A DNA stretch of 64,000 nucleotides from Bugula neritina (taxonomy: Eukaryota; Animalia; Bryozoa), in the NCBI GenBank assembly GCA_964035545.1, contig OZ037766.1, positions 33,160,773 through 33,224,772 of the forward strand. The letters are read 5' to 3'. The notes under the pieces were generated by a model, which worked only from the letters and a program-made list of their open reading frames with translations, was not told the origin of the DNA and did no database searches. The stretch's first letter is position 1. Every line of letters starts with the position of its first letter. Shown in pieces: positions 49,215-61,600 of the stretch. A program made the position numbers and the translations under genes.

Positions 49215-49792
49215 AGCTCTTACAGAGAGCTGAGAGAGAGAGAGAGGCAGCTCTTACAGAGAGCTGAGAGAGAGAGAGAGGCAGTTCTTACAGAGAGCTG
49301 AGAGAGAGAGAGGCAGTTCTTACAGAGAGCTGAGAGAGAGAGAGAGGGGCAGCTCTTACAGAGAGCTGAGAGAGAGAGAGGCAGCTCTTACAGAGAGCTG
49401 AGAGAGAGAGAGAGGCAGTTCTTACAGAGAGCTGAGAGAGAGAGAGAGGCAGCTCTTACAGAGAGCTGAGAGAGAGAGAGGCAGCTCTTACAGAGAGCTG
49501 AGAGAGAGGGGCAGCTCTTACAGAGAGCTGAGAGAGAGAGAGAGGCAGCTCTTACAGAGAGCTGAGAGAGAGGGGGGCAGTTCTTACAGAGAGCTGAGAG
49601 AGAGAGGGGGGCAGCTCTTACAGAGAGCTAAGAGAGAGAGAGAGGCAGCTCTTACAGAGAGAGAGAGAGAGAGAGGCAGCTCTTACAGAGAGAGAGAGAG
49701 AGAGAGGCAGCTCTTACAGAGAGCTGAGAGAGAGAGGCAGTTCTTACAGAGAGCTGAGAGAGAGAGAGGGGCAGTTCTTACAGAGAGCTGAG
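46928..49792. repeat. 2.9-kb GA-rich compound minisatellite GGCAGCTCTTACAGAGAGCT(GA)n that includes the ABHD14 stop codon
   Basis: Many tens of variable-length units. The rightmost unit read on the minus strand is CTC AGC TCT CTG TAA, the last codons of ABHD14. Confidence 0.95.
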
Positions 49793-51539
49793 GAATTTCT
49801 GAAGCTCATGATGCCACACATAAGGCTGATCAATGTAACACGGATGTCCTGCGTCAGCAATGACTACCTGATGACCGAGAGGCAGCGCTTTTAACTTGCT
49901 GTAACTCGTTACCCCCAGTGAATGGTCGTTGGCTCCCTGGACTATCAGAGTTTTCAGCTAAAATACAGTTAATTAACAACTACATGGGCTATTTTACACT
50001 TACAGTGATTTCACTCTCTACCTTCTAACCTAAAGAGTGGCTTATTTAAGATATTCATCTATTACATCACAACATCGTGACAAACCAGTCTTATGTGACG
50101 TCACAGCAGTCACAATCTGCAAGTGCGTATTTAGTATTGTGGAACTGATATCCCTGAGTTTACTTTTGATGAACTTGTAAAGCAGAGATAGCAACTCTAA
50201 GCCAGCTACTGATTTCACTGCCATTGCGGTTTCATAGAGGAATGCGGGAACGTGTAGAGGCGCCCCTACCTTATCGAGAGCCCTGAAGTCCTCCGCAGAG
50301 TAAGTTGGAGATATGACTGGTGCCACAGGAATATAGCCAGCAATCTCGCTCCAGTACTCTGCATTCAGTACGTAGGGGACAGAGTACGTGCCCGACATGG
50401 ATGGACTGACCACAACTACTTTACTAAGATGTAGAGCCACGACTATGTTGTGCAGCATCACTCCCTTAGTGACATCTTTATTATGTCTACCTGTAGTTAT
50501 CATACAACACATGTACTAGTTGTATTCTATTGCATAGTCTAATACATAGTCTAACACATGTCCTAATACACTACAACAGTTTACATTGTAGTAACAAATA
50601 CACCACAACGGTTTACATAGTAATAACAAATACACCACAACAGTTTACATAGTAATAACAAATACACTACAACAGTTTACATAGTACTGTAACAAATACA
50701 CCACAACAGTTTACATAGTACTGTAACAAATACACCACAACAGTTTACATAGTACTGTAACAAATACACCACAACAGTTTACATGGTAGTAACAAATACT
50801 CACACTCTTTGTTAATGTTTATAGCAACAGCTCTATAGCCCCATTCTCTCAACTTAGCCATCGTTCCTGTTTGCTTGTTCCAGGTTGCAGCATCAAAAGC
50901 GGCCCCATGCAGCAGAAGTAGCTTGGGCCTGGAGCTATCTGAAATATCTCCATTCACTTCCTGGTAGGAAATTTCACAGCTCTGCAAGAGAAAGAAATGT
51001 GTTCCATACCAAATGATGGCAATGAACTATGAATTCCAAGCAAGACATGACTAGCGTACCTTCCCATCTGCATCTACTGTTACAGTCTTTGTCTCCAGAT
51101 GTAGTGTGAGTTTGTTCCCCTCTCCTGGGGAACCCAAATCTTCTTTATCCGACACACCACTGTCAGGGTTTAAATCCTGCAAGTAATGCAGTGTCATTTG
51201 CTAGTATGTTTTATCAACAAAGTATATACAGCTGCAAGCAAACAACTCAAAGTATGCTACACGTTTTAATTTGAAATTAGTAATTCTAAAAAAATATTTA
51301 TATCAAATATCAACCAATATAAAGATGTAAAATTCTTTCCACAACCAATTTCATTGAATAGTAACATCTGCTTGCACTTTGAATATTTTTACCTGAACTA
51401 CTTCAAAGGGAGGCTGTGGCTGCATTCCCGCTCTACTATTGGGCCGACTATTGGAGCGTATCAGCAGAAACAGAGCAGCCAATGAAAGCAAAGCTATTCC
51501 GAATTTGATGATCATGTTATCTCGCATAGCCATATTCAT
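49778..51539 (-). CDS. ABHD14: ABHD14-family alpha/beta hydrolase with N-terminal membrane anchor (ABHD14A-like), ~280 aa, 5 coding exons
   Basis: Exons 51539-51393, 51176-51060, 50981-50804, 50490-50270, 49957-49778. Motifs LLLHGAAF, WGYRAVAI, VVVSPSMSG (SxSxS nucleophile), GYIPVAP, TLIVQGAND, AGHPCYIDQP. 5'UTR donor at 52218-52223. Confidence 0.92.
50570..50800 (-). repeat. ~32-35-bp minisatellite starting at the ABHD14 exon 3 donor
   Basis: Plus-strand AACAAATACACCACAACAGTTTACATAGTA..; abuts GTGAGT at 50798-50803. Confidence 0.9.
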
Positions 51540-51879
51540 CGTCCTACCAAAAATAAATAAAAGTTGGTCTGCTTAAAGCAATCAATGGGTTAGTTTAGAG
51601 ACTACAAGTTTAAATGCAACATTATCAGATAAACTCAAAGTGAAACTTTCATGTACTGGTATGCGAAGCTGAATGAACGCAGAACAAATGTTCTATAGCC
51701 AAGTGCATGCCATCTAATTCTATTGAGTCAAACTACCCATTCATAAGGCCAAAGGTTGTCACAAGAAACAAGAAGCACATAACAAATGTGATCCAACTAG
51801 CTCACATCATTGACTCCACTTGAGTTAAAGTTACTGAATGCTTTATACGTTAAATGAGGAAACAATTTAGATCATAAAC

Positions 51880-52260
51880 TGACTGTAAAATGTTGTCGAC
51901 TAATAGCTATTTTGTTTATTGATTTTAAGAATTTTAAACACACTGATACTGATAGTGATACTTCATCAAACTCTTATACTTATAGATTAACTGACAAATA
52001 TTGAAAGAGGGAGTAAAAGTGTAACTGTAAGAAAAAGAAAGTTTAGCTGTAAAACTAAGTCTAACGCACTCTCAGTGACATTAAGTTTAGCAATAAGTAT
52101 AACTGCAACATTAACAATAACAGTAAGTCAAAGTGTAACTGCAACAATCACAGTGACAGTCAGTCACAGTGTAAGACTAAGATCAGGGTGAAGGTGTGCG
52201 AATAATTTGAATTTCTTACTTACCTTTGAGTATTACTATTAGCAATACTAATTATTGAAT
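51880..52260. other. 6-bp-periodic (NTNANN)n tract in the ABHD14 first intron
   Basis: 52075-52182: gtgaca ttaagt ttagca ataagt ataact gcaaca ttaaca ataaca gtaagt caaagt gtaact gcaaca atcaca gtgaca gtcagt cacagt gtaaga ctaaga (18 hexamers in one phase). Confidence 0.75.
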
Positions 52261-52614
52261 AATTAAAATAGCTTTAATGCAGTTGCAGTTGAACAGTTAT
52301 TTGCAAAGATACTTGGAAGCATATGTCTGGTAGACGAATGCATAAACTCCCTTTCACTACACACTTGAAACTAAATGTTAAACTTGTAGTTTATTGACTT
52401 GTCACTATTGCTTAGAAATGGTTAAATTCTAGCAGTAATAAAACAACCCAAATTCCTTAGACTATCTTCGTCATGTTCTTTCCTCCTCAAATATTACAAT
52501 GTCATATGCGGCATATCTTGATGCTCTAAGTCTATTAATAATGCTTGTTCGCACTGAAACATTTTTCGCAAAATATTGTAGCCCATCACGATTTTACTTG
52601 AGTCATAATTGAAA
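52224..52614. promoter_or_regulatory. Compact bidirectional promoter for ABHD14 (-) and PMPCA (+)
   Basis: Under 400 bp between the minus-strand 5'UTR donor (52223) and the PMPCA ATG (52615). Confidence 0.65.
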
Positions 52615-55600
52615 ATGGTTGGACGGCATAAGATTTTCCATCTATTCTATAACAATTGTACGAAGTCTTCAAATATATATGGAATAAAAAGGTAAATTGC
52701 CTAACAATTATTTGAATTGCTGTGTGAACAATGTGCAAACTTGATTCCACTATCATAGTATAATTTCAACTTGAATTTCAGTTTGACCTTGGGCTCGAGT
52801 TCAACTTTAAGTTTAAGTTTAAACTTTAAAGTTTTAGGTTAACTTTAAGTTATTAGTATTAGTATTACTATTGCTATTGGTTAATCACCTAATCATAAAC
52901 CTAAAATGATAATCATAACTTCAAAGTGATCGTGTAAAATGCTAGTTGACTTATTGAGTTATTTTATTTTCAATTAAATTAACTAATTTTAATTCAAGTT
53001 ATTGCTTTTAATAATAATATTTATATTATGATGAAAGTAATTATAATCATTATTATATTTAAGAATTTTAATATAAATATTAAATTTTATATTAATGGTA
53101 ATATTTATATTGTTAATGTTAATCTTTAAGATTATGGTTATTGTTATGGTAATCAATATCATAATTATAATCATAATGTTAATCTAAATCATAGTGAATA
53201 GTTTTGATTATCAATACCTTAAATTATGAATTATTAAAATTGTTTGTTTTAAAATAAATTAAAGTGACTAACAGTAACATGGAAAATTTAAACAATTACC
53301 AAAATGATTTACGATTGCGCGAGACGGTCGTGATTTTACTGGCGCTCTTAGTAAATTTTCATAAATTTATATCTATACCTATCTAGTGAAAATTTTCTTC
53401 AACTTATAGTAAGAAAGTGCCTCAGCAGCAAAAATTTATCTACAATTGCAATTAAAAAAAAGTTTCAACATAGAATAAATTATCCCCACAAACGTTCGAA
53501 TTTCTCATTTTAAATCAATTAATTGATATGTCTCAAACTAACACTGACATAGTTTGTGCCAGTGGTGATGGTTCGAATACAGAATCTGAGAAATGCTATT
53601 CCTGCAAGCAAGAGGATTGCTTTATAACTAATGCTAAAAACCGAAAACAGAAGATTGATTCGAAGTGGATTTTGTGTGACTTATGTCAGCACTGGTTTCA
53701 TGCTCTCTGCCAAAATATATCAAACTCCGAAATTGGTTACATCAACAAAGCAGCAAATGCGAAGGGTGTACTATGGTGCTGTGAAACCTGCCTGCCACAA
53801 ACAAAGTCAATTAGTAAAACACCTAATAACACTGGCATGGAATCAGTCAGTGATCGGCTAAACAAAATTGAAGAGGTAATTGATAAGCTCTCCACAAGCA
53901 TTTTACAACAAGACAAATCACTTACTGACCAACTCCAAACTTTCGAAAAAACATATAGCAGTGTCCTCCAAACAAACCAGGAAAACATAAAAAAATCTAT
54001 AGAGATAAACGCCTCTGCACAATCAGTGATTAAAAAGTCCCTTGCTCACTCAGAGAATGAGACCCGAAAACTAAATGCCATTTTATATGGTATGGCTGAA
54101 AACCGAGAAAAAGGTGCTATCGATCAGGTAAAAGACCTAATGGATTCTGGAAACTTCCAGTATGTGACCTTTCCTTCCCAAGCTTTTCGGCTTGGGAGAG
54201 TAGGCACTAAGCCTCGCCCGGTTAAGGTAGTCTTTGATGATGAAAAAGCCAAATGGGAATTTGTGAAGCGCGTGAACTCAACCTTGAAAGCTGAAGGTTT
54301 TTTCTGCAAGTTGGACACTAGTAAGGAAGTACGAGATGAAGAATACAACATGAGACAACAAGTTAAATTACTGAGATCTTCAAATAGCGATGCTGAGTAT
54401 CGTATACGAGGAGGTAAAATACAAACAAAAACACAGAATTCGGGGGACTGGGTCAATATGAACCCAGCAATAAAGAGTCAACTCACCCCCTAAGACTACT
54501 ACTACTGAATACCAGGTCTGTCAAAGGCAAATCCCCAGAATTGACATCTCTTGCTATGAATTACGATATAGTGTGTGTCACTGAAACCCATGTTGATGAG
54601 AGTGTCACTGATAAACAAATCCTGGATCTCTCTCAGAAGACTGTCTTTCGATGTGATAGGAACCTTCACGGTGGTGGTGTAATGATTGCCATTGACAATA
54701 AACTGAGTGTTAAACATGTAGAAGTCGGATCAGCAGACCTGGAAATAGTTGTCCTAAGACTAGATGATAATACTATTATTGGGTGTTTCTATAGACCCAA
54801 CATTGCACACAGTCTCTCTCAATTTTGGCTTCTCCTCGAAGAAATTTCTAGCAAATATCCTACCGATCGAATAATCATAACTGGTGATTTCAATCTTCCC
54901 AATGTTGATTGGAAATATACCCAACTAAAAAAAAACTGCCAATATCAAGCCCTTCACCGAGAGTTTCTCAATTTAATTGCTGAAAATAACCTGACTCAAC
55001 TCATTGACCAACCTACTCACATCCAGGGTAATACTTTAGATCTCATTCTCACAAATCAACCCAAAGACATTCAATCAATCAATATTGTTGAACCTGGCTT
55101 AAGTGACCACTTTCTTATTGAGGCTTCTATACAACATAGAGTGGCTACTACTAGTGTCACACCTCAATTGAAATACATCAAACTATACCGCCAAGCTAAT
55201 ATTGAGGGTTTCCGAGAACAAATGTCTCATGTACAACTTCAGCTGGAAGAAATGAGTGATGTCGATAGCATGTGGCCGCTGTTTGTCTCCCAACTTAGAA
55301 ACTCAATCTCTAACCACGTCCCTATAAGAATATGCAAACCAAAAGGTGATCAACCTGCATGGTTCAATCTTAGAGCGAAGAAACTAGTCCAGAAACAACG
55401 TGAAACCTATAACAAATTTAAACAAACAAATGACCCTTTTTTTCTGACAAAATACAAACAACAAAGACGTGACACTAAACGCACTTTGAGAGAACTAAGG
55501 AACAACTATACCACTGAAGTGGTATGCGGACCATTGGAAGCTGGAAACAGCAAACCCTTCTTTAAATATCTGAAGAATATTCAGAACAAAACAAAACCCA

Positions 55601-58600
55601 TGCTGACACTTACTCACCCTAATGGTACTTCCACAACTGATCCTCGAGAAAATGCTGAGATGCTCAATAATTTCTTTCAGCAACAGTTCTGCCAGCAAGA
55701 TTTCTTCACCGACGACCTCCCTTATCACTCTGATGATGATGATCTGAATGTGACTCCCGATGGGGTGGAAAAGCTTCTGAACGATCTCAAAACTGGTAAG
55801 GCACCTGGTCCGGACGGACTTAACAAAGAGGATCTCTGCATCGATACTAGATTGATAGCCAACTGCCTAACACTAATCTTTAACGCATCCTTGCGCAGTG
55901 CCAAACTTCCTGCGGGATGGAAGCTAGCCAACATCATCCCTGTCCACAAGAAAGGCCAGCTAGATATGCCAAACAACTATCGACCAATATCATTAACCAG
56001 TATACCTTGCAAGTTACTGGAACACATTGTGCTACACTATCTCAATAAACTGTTAGATCCCATCCTCCATAATCGTCAACATGGTTTCCGTCGTGGCTTG
56101 TCCTGCGAAACACAGCTTTGTGGAACCTTCCATGAAATTGCCAGGTCAATGAACAACTCTCACACCACTCATGCTCTTGTCCTCGACTTCCAGAAGGCCT
56201 TCGACAAAGTCCCCCACAAGCTACTCATACATAAGTTAAGCGTCGTTGATGGAATTAATCCTCACATACTCCGATGGCTCCAGAATTTTTTGACAAAGCG
56301 AGAGCAGCAAGTAATCATAGATGGCCACTCTTCTGGTAGATTACCAGTCTTTTCTGGCGTTCCACAGGGCTCTGTCCTGGGGCCCACCCTATTCCTTCTT
56401 TACATCAATGATCTCCCTGATCTACTAAGTTGCAGTGTCAGTTTATTTGCTGATGACACACTGATTTTTCAAGAGGTAGACTCCCTAGATGATGTCCGAA
56501 AATTCCAAAAGAATATTGAACAGATTGAGAATTGGTCTCTGAAGTGGAAAATGCCGTTCAACTCTTCAAAATGCCGAATCATGTCATTTGGCAAAGATTC
56601 CCAAATTCTACCATCATATCGACTAGGGGGAGAAACATTGCCCTACGTAGATGAGATTACCTACCTTGGAGTTACACTACAATCTAACCTCAAGTTTCAC
56701 AGCCACATAACTAAAAAAATAAACAAAGCATACAAGGTTCTTGGCATGCTAAAGCTATCCCTCTATGGAGCTCCCAAGAAAGCAAAGCTGCTGGCATATA
56801 TGACTCTCTGCAGACCTATACTAGAATACGCTGCAACCACTTGGGATCCTGTAACAAAGCAACTTGTGAAAGAAATTGAGTTAGTCCAGAACCGAGCTAT
56901 TAGATTCATCTGCTGTCTCAAAGGCCGGGAGGCTAGCATCAGTGATGCAAGAGAACAACTCAACATATCATCACTGGAAGATCGTCGCAAAAGCCTACGA
57001 ATAACCCTCCTTTTGAAGATCTTGTCCAAAGAAGAATGTCATCAGGCATTATCTTCCAGCTACACTGAACTGACAAGGGACAAATCAACCGCTACGGTTA
57101 CCACGAGGGCTGCCTCTAACGGAATACCAACTGCGATATCTGCCATGTGCACAGCATATCATAACAGCTTCCTACCGCGCACTATTAGAGACCTAAGAAT
57201 TGGAACTCCCTAAATACTTGATAAATGATAACCTGAAAGGTACTACAATTACCAAATTTAAAATGCATAATGTATGCAAATACAGTTATAATTCTATGTC
57301 AACTGTATTGTAACAAGCTGCTGAGGCACGCCTCTTGCGCCTTATGGTGATCTAGCGTGTGCTAAAGTCGAAGTATCGAAGTAAGTAAGTAATGATAAAT
57401 TTTGTTAGCATAATCGTTATCAATATGAATATCATCATTGATCATTATGATTATCATTATCAATGTTAATAATTTAGGCGGCATTGTCAATATCATTGCT
57501 ATGATGACAGTCACTTAAAGTTAAAACTTGTAATTTTTTATATATATTCTAATTTTTAACTTTTAATATGGATATAGTTATGGTATGCCTTGGCCTATTG
57601 CAGTAAGGAATTATGACGTAACTAGTAGCAAGTTTACTATCTTAGGCTGCAATGTTGCAAATTTTACAGTTATAAGAATCTAAGCAGTTCCAGCACTCCA
57701 AATAGTAACCTGCGTATTCCGTTATTTGAGACTCAAACTAGCTCTGGAACAAAGGCTAAGTTTAACCCTCACACTAAAACACAAGTTACAAAGTTACCGA
57801 ATGGACTAACAGTTGCATCTGAAGATCACTGGGGACAGTTTGCTACTCTAGGAGGTTTGTTTTTCTATCAACTACATATTCAGAGGGCAGCTACTCAGTA
57901 ATAATCAGCTAAATCTCAAAGAACTCATTTATTTGATTGACTTTCAGCAATTCCACTTTCTTGAAGTATGTATAATGGCGTTACTTAATATACGGTTCAG
58001 TCATTTGATGCTTGATGTTCTCTAACAAATAACTTGTCAGCAAAGTTGTGGTTCATCTAACCCATCCACTACAGATACATATAACCCACTCTCTCCTGTG
58101 TTACAAGATACGTGTTGATATTTCAGTATTAGTCAACTCTGGGTCTAGAAATGAAGCAGCCTTTGCTAGTGGAGTCAATCACTTCTTGGAGAAACTGGCT
58201 TTCAATGTAAGTTAGAGTTTAAGTTGATGACTTGTGATGATTAGATAGTAGGTTTGAGTTGCTATTTGATTTCACTAGTCACTTCTACTTCCACACCTTG
58301 AGGTTGGTTTTTATTGCTGTAATGTTAATATAACATTGATTGTAGTCGACTGAAAAGTTTGAAAGCAAAGAACAAATATTTCAGATGTTAGAGAAGCATG
58401 GAGGCATATGTGACTGTCAAACTACCAGGTGGGTATTCTTCACTACTACTCTGTCTACTCAATACTACTATGTATACTCTACTCTGTATACTCTACTCTG
58501 TATACTCTACTCTGTATACTCTACTCTGTATACTCACTACTCTGTATACTCACTACTCTGTATACTCACTACTCTGTCTACTCTGTCTACTCTGTCTACT

Positions 58601-61600
58601 CTGTCTACTCTGTATACTCTGTATACTCTGTATACTCTGTATACTCTGTGTACTCTGTATACTCTGTATACTCTGTATACTCTACTCTGTATACTCTACT
58701 CTGTATACTCTACTCTGTATACTCACTACTCTGTATACTCACTACTCTGTATACTCTGTATACTCTGTCTATTCTGTATACTCTGTATATTCTGTATACT
58801 CTGTGTACTCTGTATACTCTGTATACTCTACTCTGTATACTCTACTCTGTATACTCTACTCTGTATACTCACTACTCTGTATACTCACTACTCTGTATAC
58901 TCACTACTCTGTATACTCTGGATACTCTGTAGGCCTATACTCTGTATACTCTGTATACTCTGTATACTCTCTACTCTGTATACTCTGTATACTCTCTACT
59001 CTGTATACTCGCTATTTTGTATAGGGATACTATGATACACGCAGTCTCCCTACAGAAGGAGGGGCTAGAGACGGCCATGGAGCTTCTGTCTCAGGTTGTC
59101 CTTCACCCCAAGTTTAGTGCAGAGGAAGTGGCCATGACTCAGCAGATTGTAGCCTTTGAACTCGAGAATCTACACATGAGTCCCAACAAGGAGCTGCAGA
59201 TGATGGAGTTGATACATGCTGTATGTTGATGAGTACTTACACTATGTACTTACACTATATACTTACACCATGTACTTACACTATGTACTTACACTATGTA
59301 CTTACACTATATACTTACACTGTATACTTACACTGTATACTTACACCATGTACTTACACTATATACTTACACTATGTACTTACACTATGTACTTGCACTA
59401 TATATACTTACACTGTGTACTTACACTATGTACTTGCACTATATACTTACACCATGTACTTACACTATATACTTACACTATATACTTACACTATATACTT
59501 ACACTATATACTTACACTATGTACTTACACTATGTACTTGCACTGTATACTTACACTACATACTTACACTGTATACTTACACTACGTACTTACACTATAT
59601 ACTTACACTGTGTACTTACACTATATACTTACACTGTGTACTTACACTATATACTTACACTGTGTACTTACACTGTGTACTTACACTATATACTTACACT
59701 GTGTACTTACACTATATACTTACACTATGTACTTACACTACGTACTTACACTATATACTTACACTATGTACTTACACTATATACTTACACTATATACTTA
59801 CACTATGTACTTACACTATGTACTTACAATATATACTTACACTGTGTACTTACACTATATACTTACACTATGTACTTACACTATGTACTTACACTGTGTA
59901 CTTACACTATATACTTACACTATATACTTACACTATGTACTTACACTATGTACTTACACTATATACTTACACTATATACTTACACTATGATACTTACACT
60001 ACATACTTACACTATATACTTACACTATACACTTACACTACATACTTACACTATATACTTACACTACGTACTTACACTGTATACTTACACTACATACTTA
60101 CACTCTACTTACACTCTAATTACATGGTATAGTCAATATATGGCCATCTGTAGACAGATACTATACGATAAGTGTTTGTACTGCAGGCTGCGTATAAAGA
60201 CAACACTGTGGGACTACCAAAGTTGTGTCCCCCTGATAATATCATGAGTTTAGACCGAGATCTACTCTTCACCTACCTGAAGCATCAGTGCACGCCCGAC
60301 AAGATGGTGTTGGCCGGCTCCGGGATGGACCACGGCCAGCTGGTGGAACTAGCTAACAAATACTTCACCGAGTAAGTCTAGAAAATTCTGCTGCTCTCAG
60401 CTGTTTGGTCATGTGATTCAGTCCGGCTACATGATTGGCTATTGTTAACATCCTGTGTGTCTTACTGTTGCCTAGGAAACCGGTGTGGGACAGGATGAGC
60501 CTCAGTTCCAAGTACCAGACAGACAAGTCCTACGCACAGTACACGGGTGGTGTGGTGGCCGTGAGTTTACTTGTTTATTATGAGCAGACTCTAGGCTGAG
60601 TATTCCTTACACACCAACTTAGAGGAGACTACTCCAAATATTATTTACTTTAACTTCTCATCACATGTGTTGCAGCTCAGTGAAGATCTTTCAAATGTCA
60701 GCCTGGGGCCCACCCCGATGCCAGAGCTGGCTCATGTCAGCATAGGCTTGGAGTCGTGCTCTCACTTAGATGACGATTTCGTAGCCTACTGCGTCCTCAA
60801 CACGCTGATGGGAGGGGGCGGGTCGTTCAGTGCGGGTGGACCTGGTAAGGGAATGTACACTAGACTTTACACCAACGTCCTCAACAGGTGAGTGAGATAT
60901 CCGCCACTCTTCATCTCGTTACCATGTCACACCTGTCTCTACAGAGTACAATATACACACTAGCTAGGTTCACCGTTACCATGTCACACCTGTCTCTACA
61001 GAGTACAATACACACATTAGCTAGGTTCACCGTTACCATGTCACACCTGTCTCTACAGAGTACAATATACACATTAGCTAAGTTCACCGTTACCATGTCA
61101 CACCTGTCTCTACAGAGTACAATATACACATTAGCTAAGTTCACCGTTACCATGTCACACCTGTCTCTACAGAGTACAATACACACATTAGCTAAGTTCA
61201 CTGTTACCATAGCACACCTGTCTTTACAGAGTACAATGTACATATTAGCTAAGTTCACTGTTACCATGTCACACCTGTCTCTACAGAGTACAATACACAC
61301 ATTAGCTAAGTTCACCGTTACCATGTCACACCTGTCTCTACAGAGTACAATATACACACTAGCTAAGTTCACTGTTATCATAGCACACCTGTCTTCACAG
61401 GCACTACTGGATGGAGAACGCTACGGCTATAAACCACGCCTACTCAGATACCGGCTTGTTTACGTTCTACGGTAACTGTCATCCTAGCAAGCTAGCAGAC
61501 CTCGTCATGGTGTTGGCGGCTGAGATGAGAGCCATGGCTAACCCGGCAGACCAGGTACTAACTACTATACATGTGTACCTAACTACTATACACGTGTACC

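Larger units (their letters stand above)
53300..57392 (+). mobile_element. Apparently full-length intact non-LTR retrotransposon (CR1-group LINE) in PMPCA intron 1, sense orientation
   Basis: 5'UTR, PHD ORF1, APE-RT ORF2, and a 3'UTR ending in short tandem repeats AAGTCGAAGTATCGAAGTAAGTAAGT. Possible short TSD AATGAT (53303-53308 / 57391-57396). Exact ends uncertain. Confidence 0.93.

Noticed and set aside
46928-49792. CRISPR-like look of a constant motif with variable spacers
   Set aside because: The spacers are only (GA)n length variants; eukaryotic context; no cas genes
53631-57029. Short antisense and alternative-frame ORFs inside the LINE
   Set aside because: Shadows of ORF1/ORF2 with no recognisable motifs
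53292-57256. 12-bp direct repeat ACAATTACCAAA (53292-53303, 57245-57256) as the LINE TSD
   Set aside because: It would exclude the 3' tail repeats at ~57365-57390, and an AT-rich word may be chance; needs an empty allele to settle
58385-60247. 200-340 aa Tyr/Thr/Leu/Cys-rich ORFs
   Set aside because: Read-through of minisatellites in PMPCA introns; only the short PMPCA exons are real
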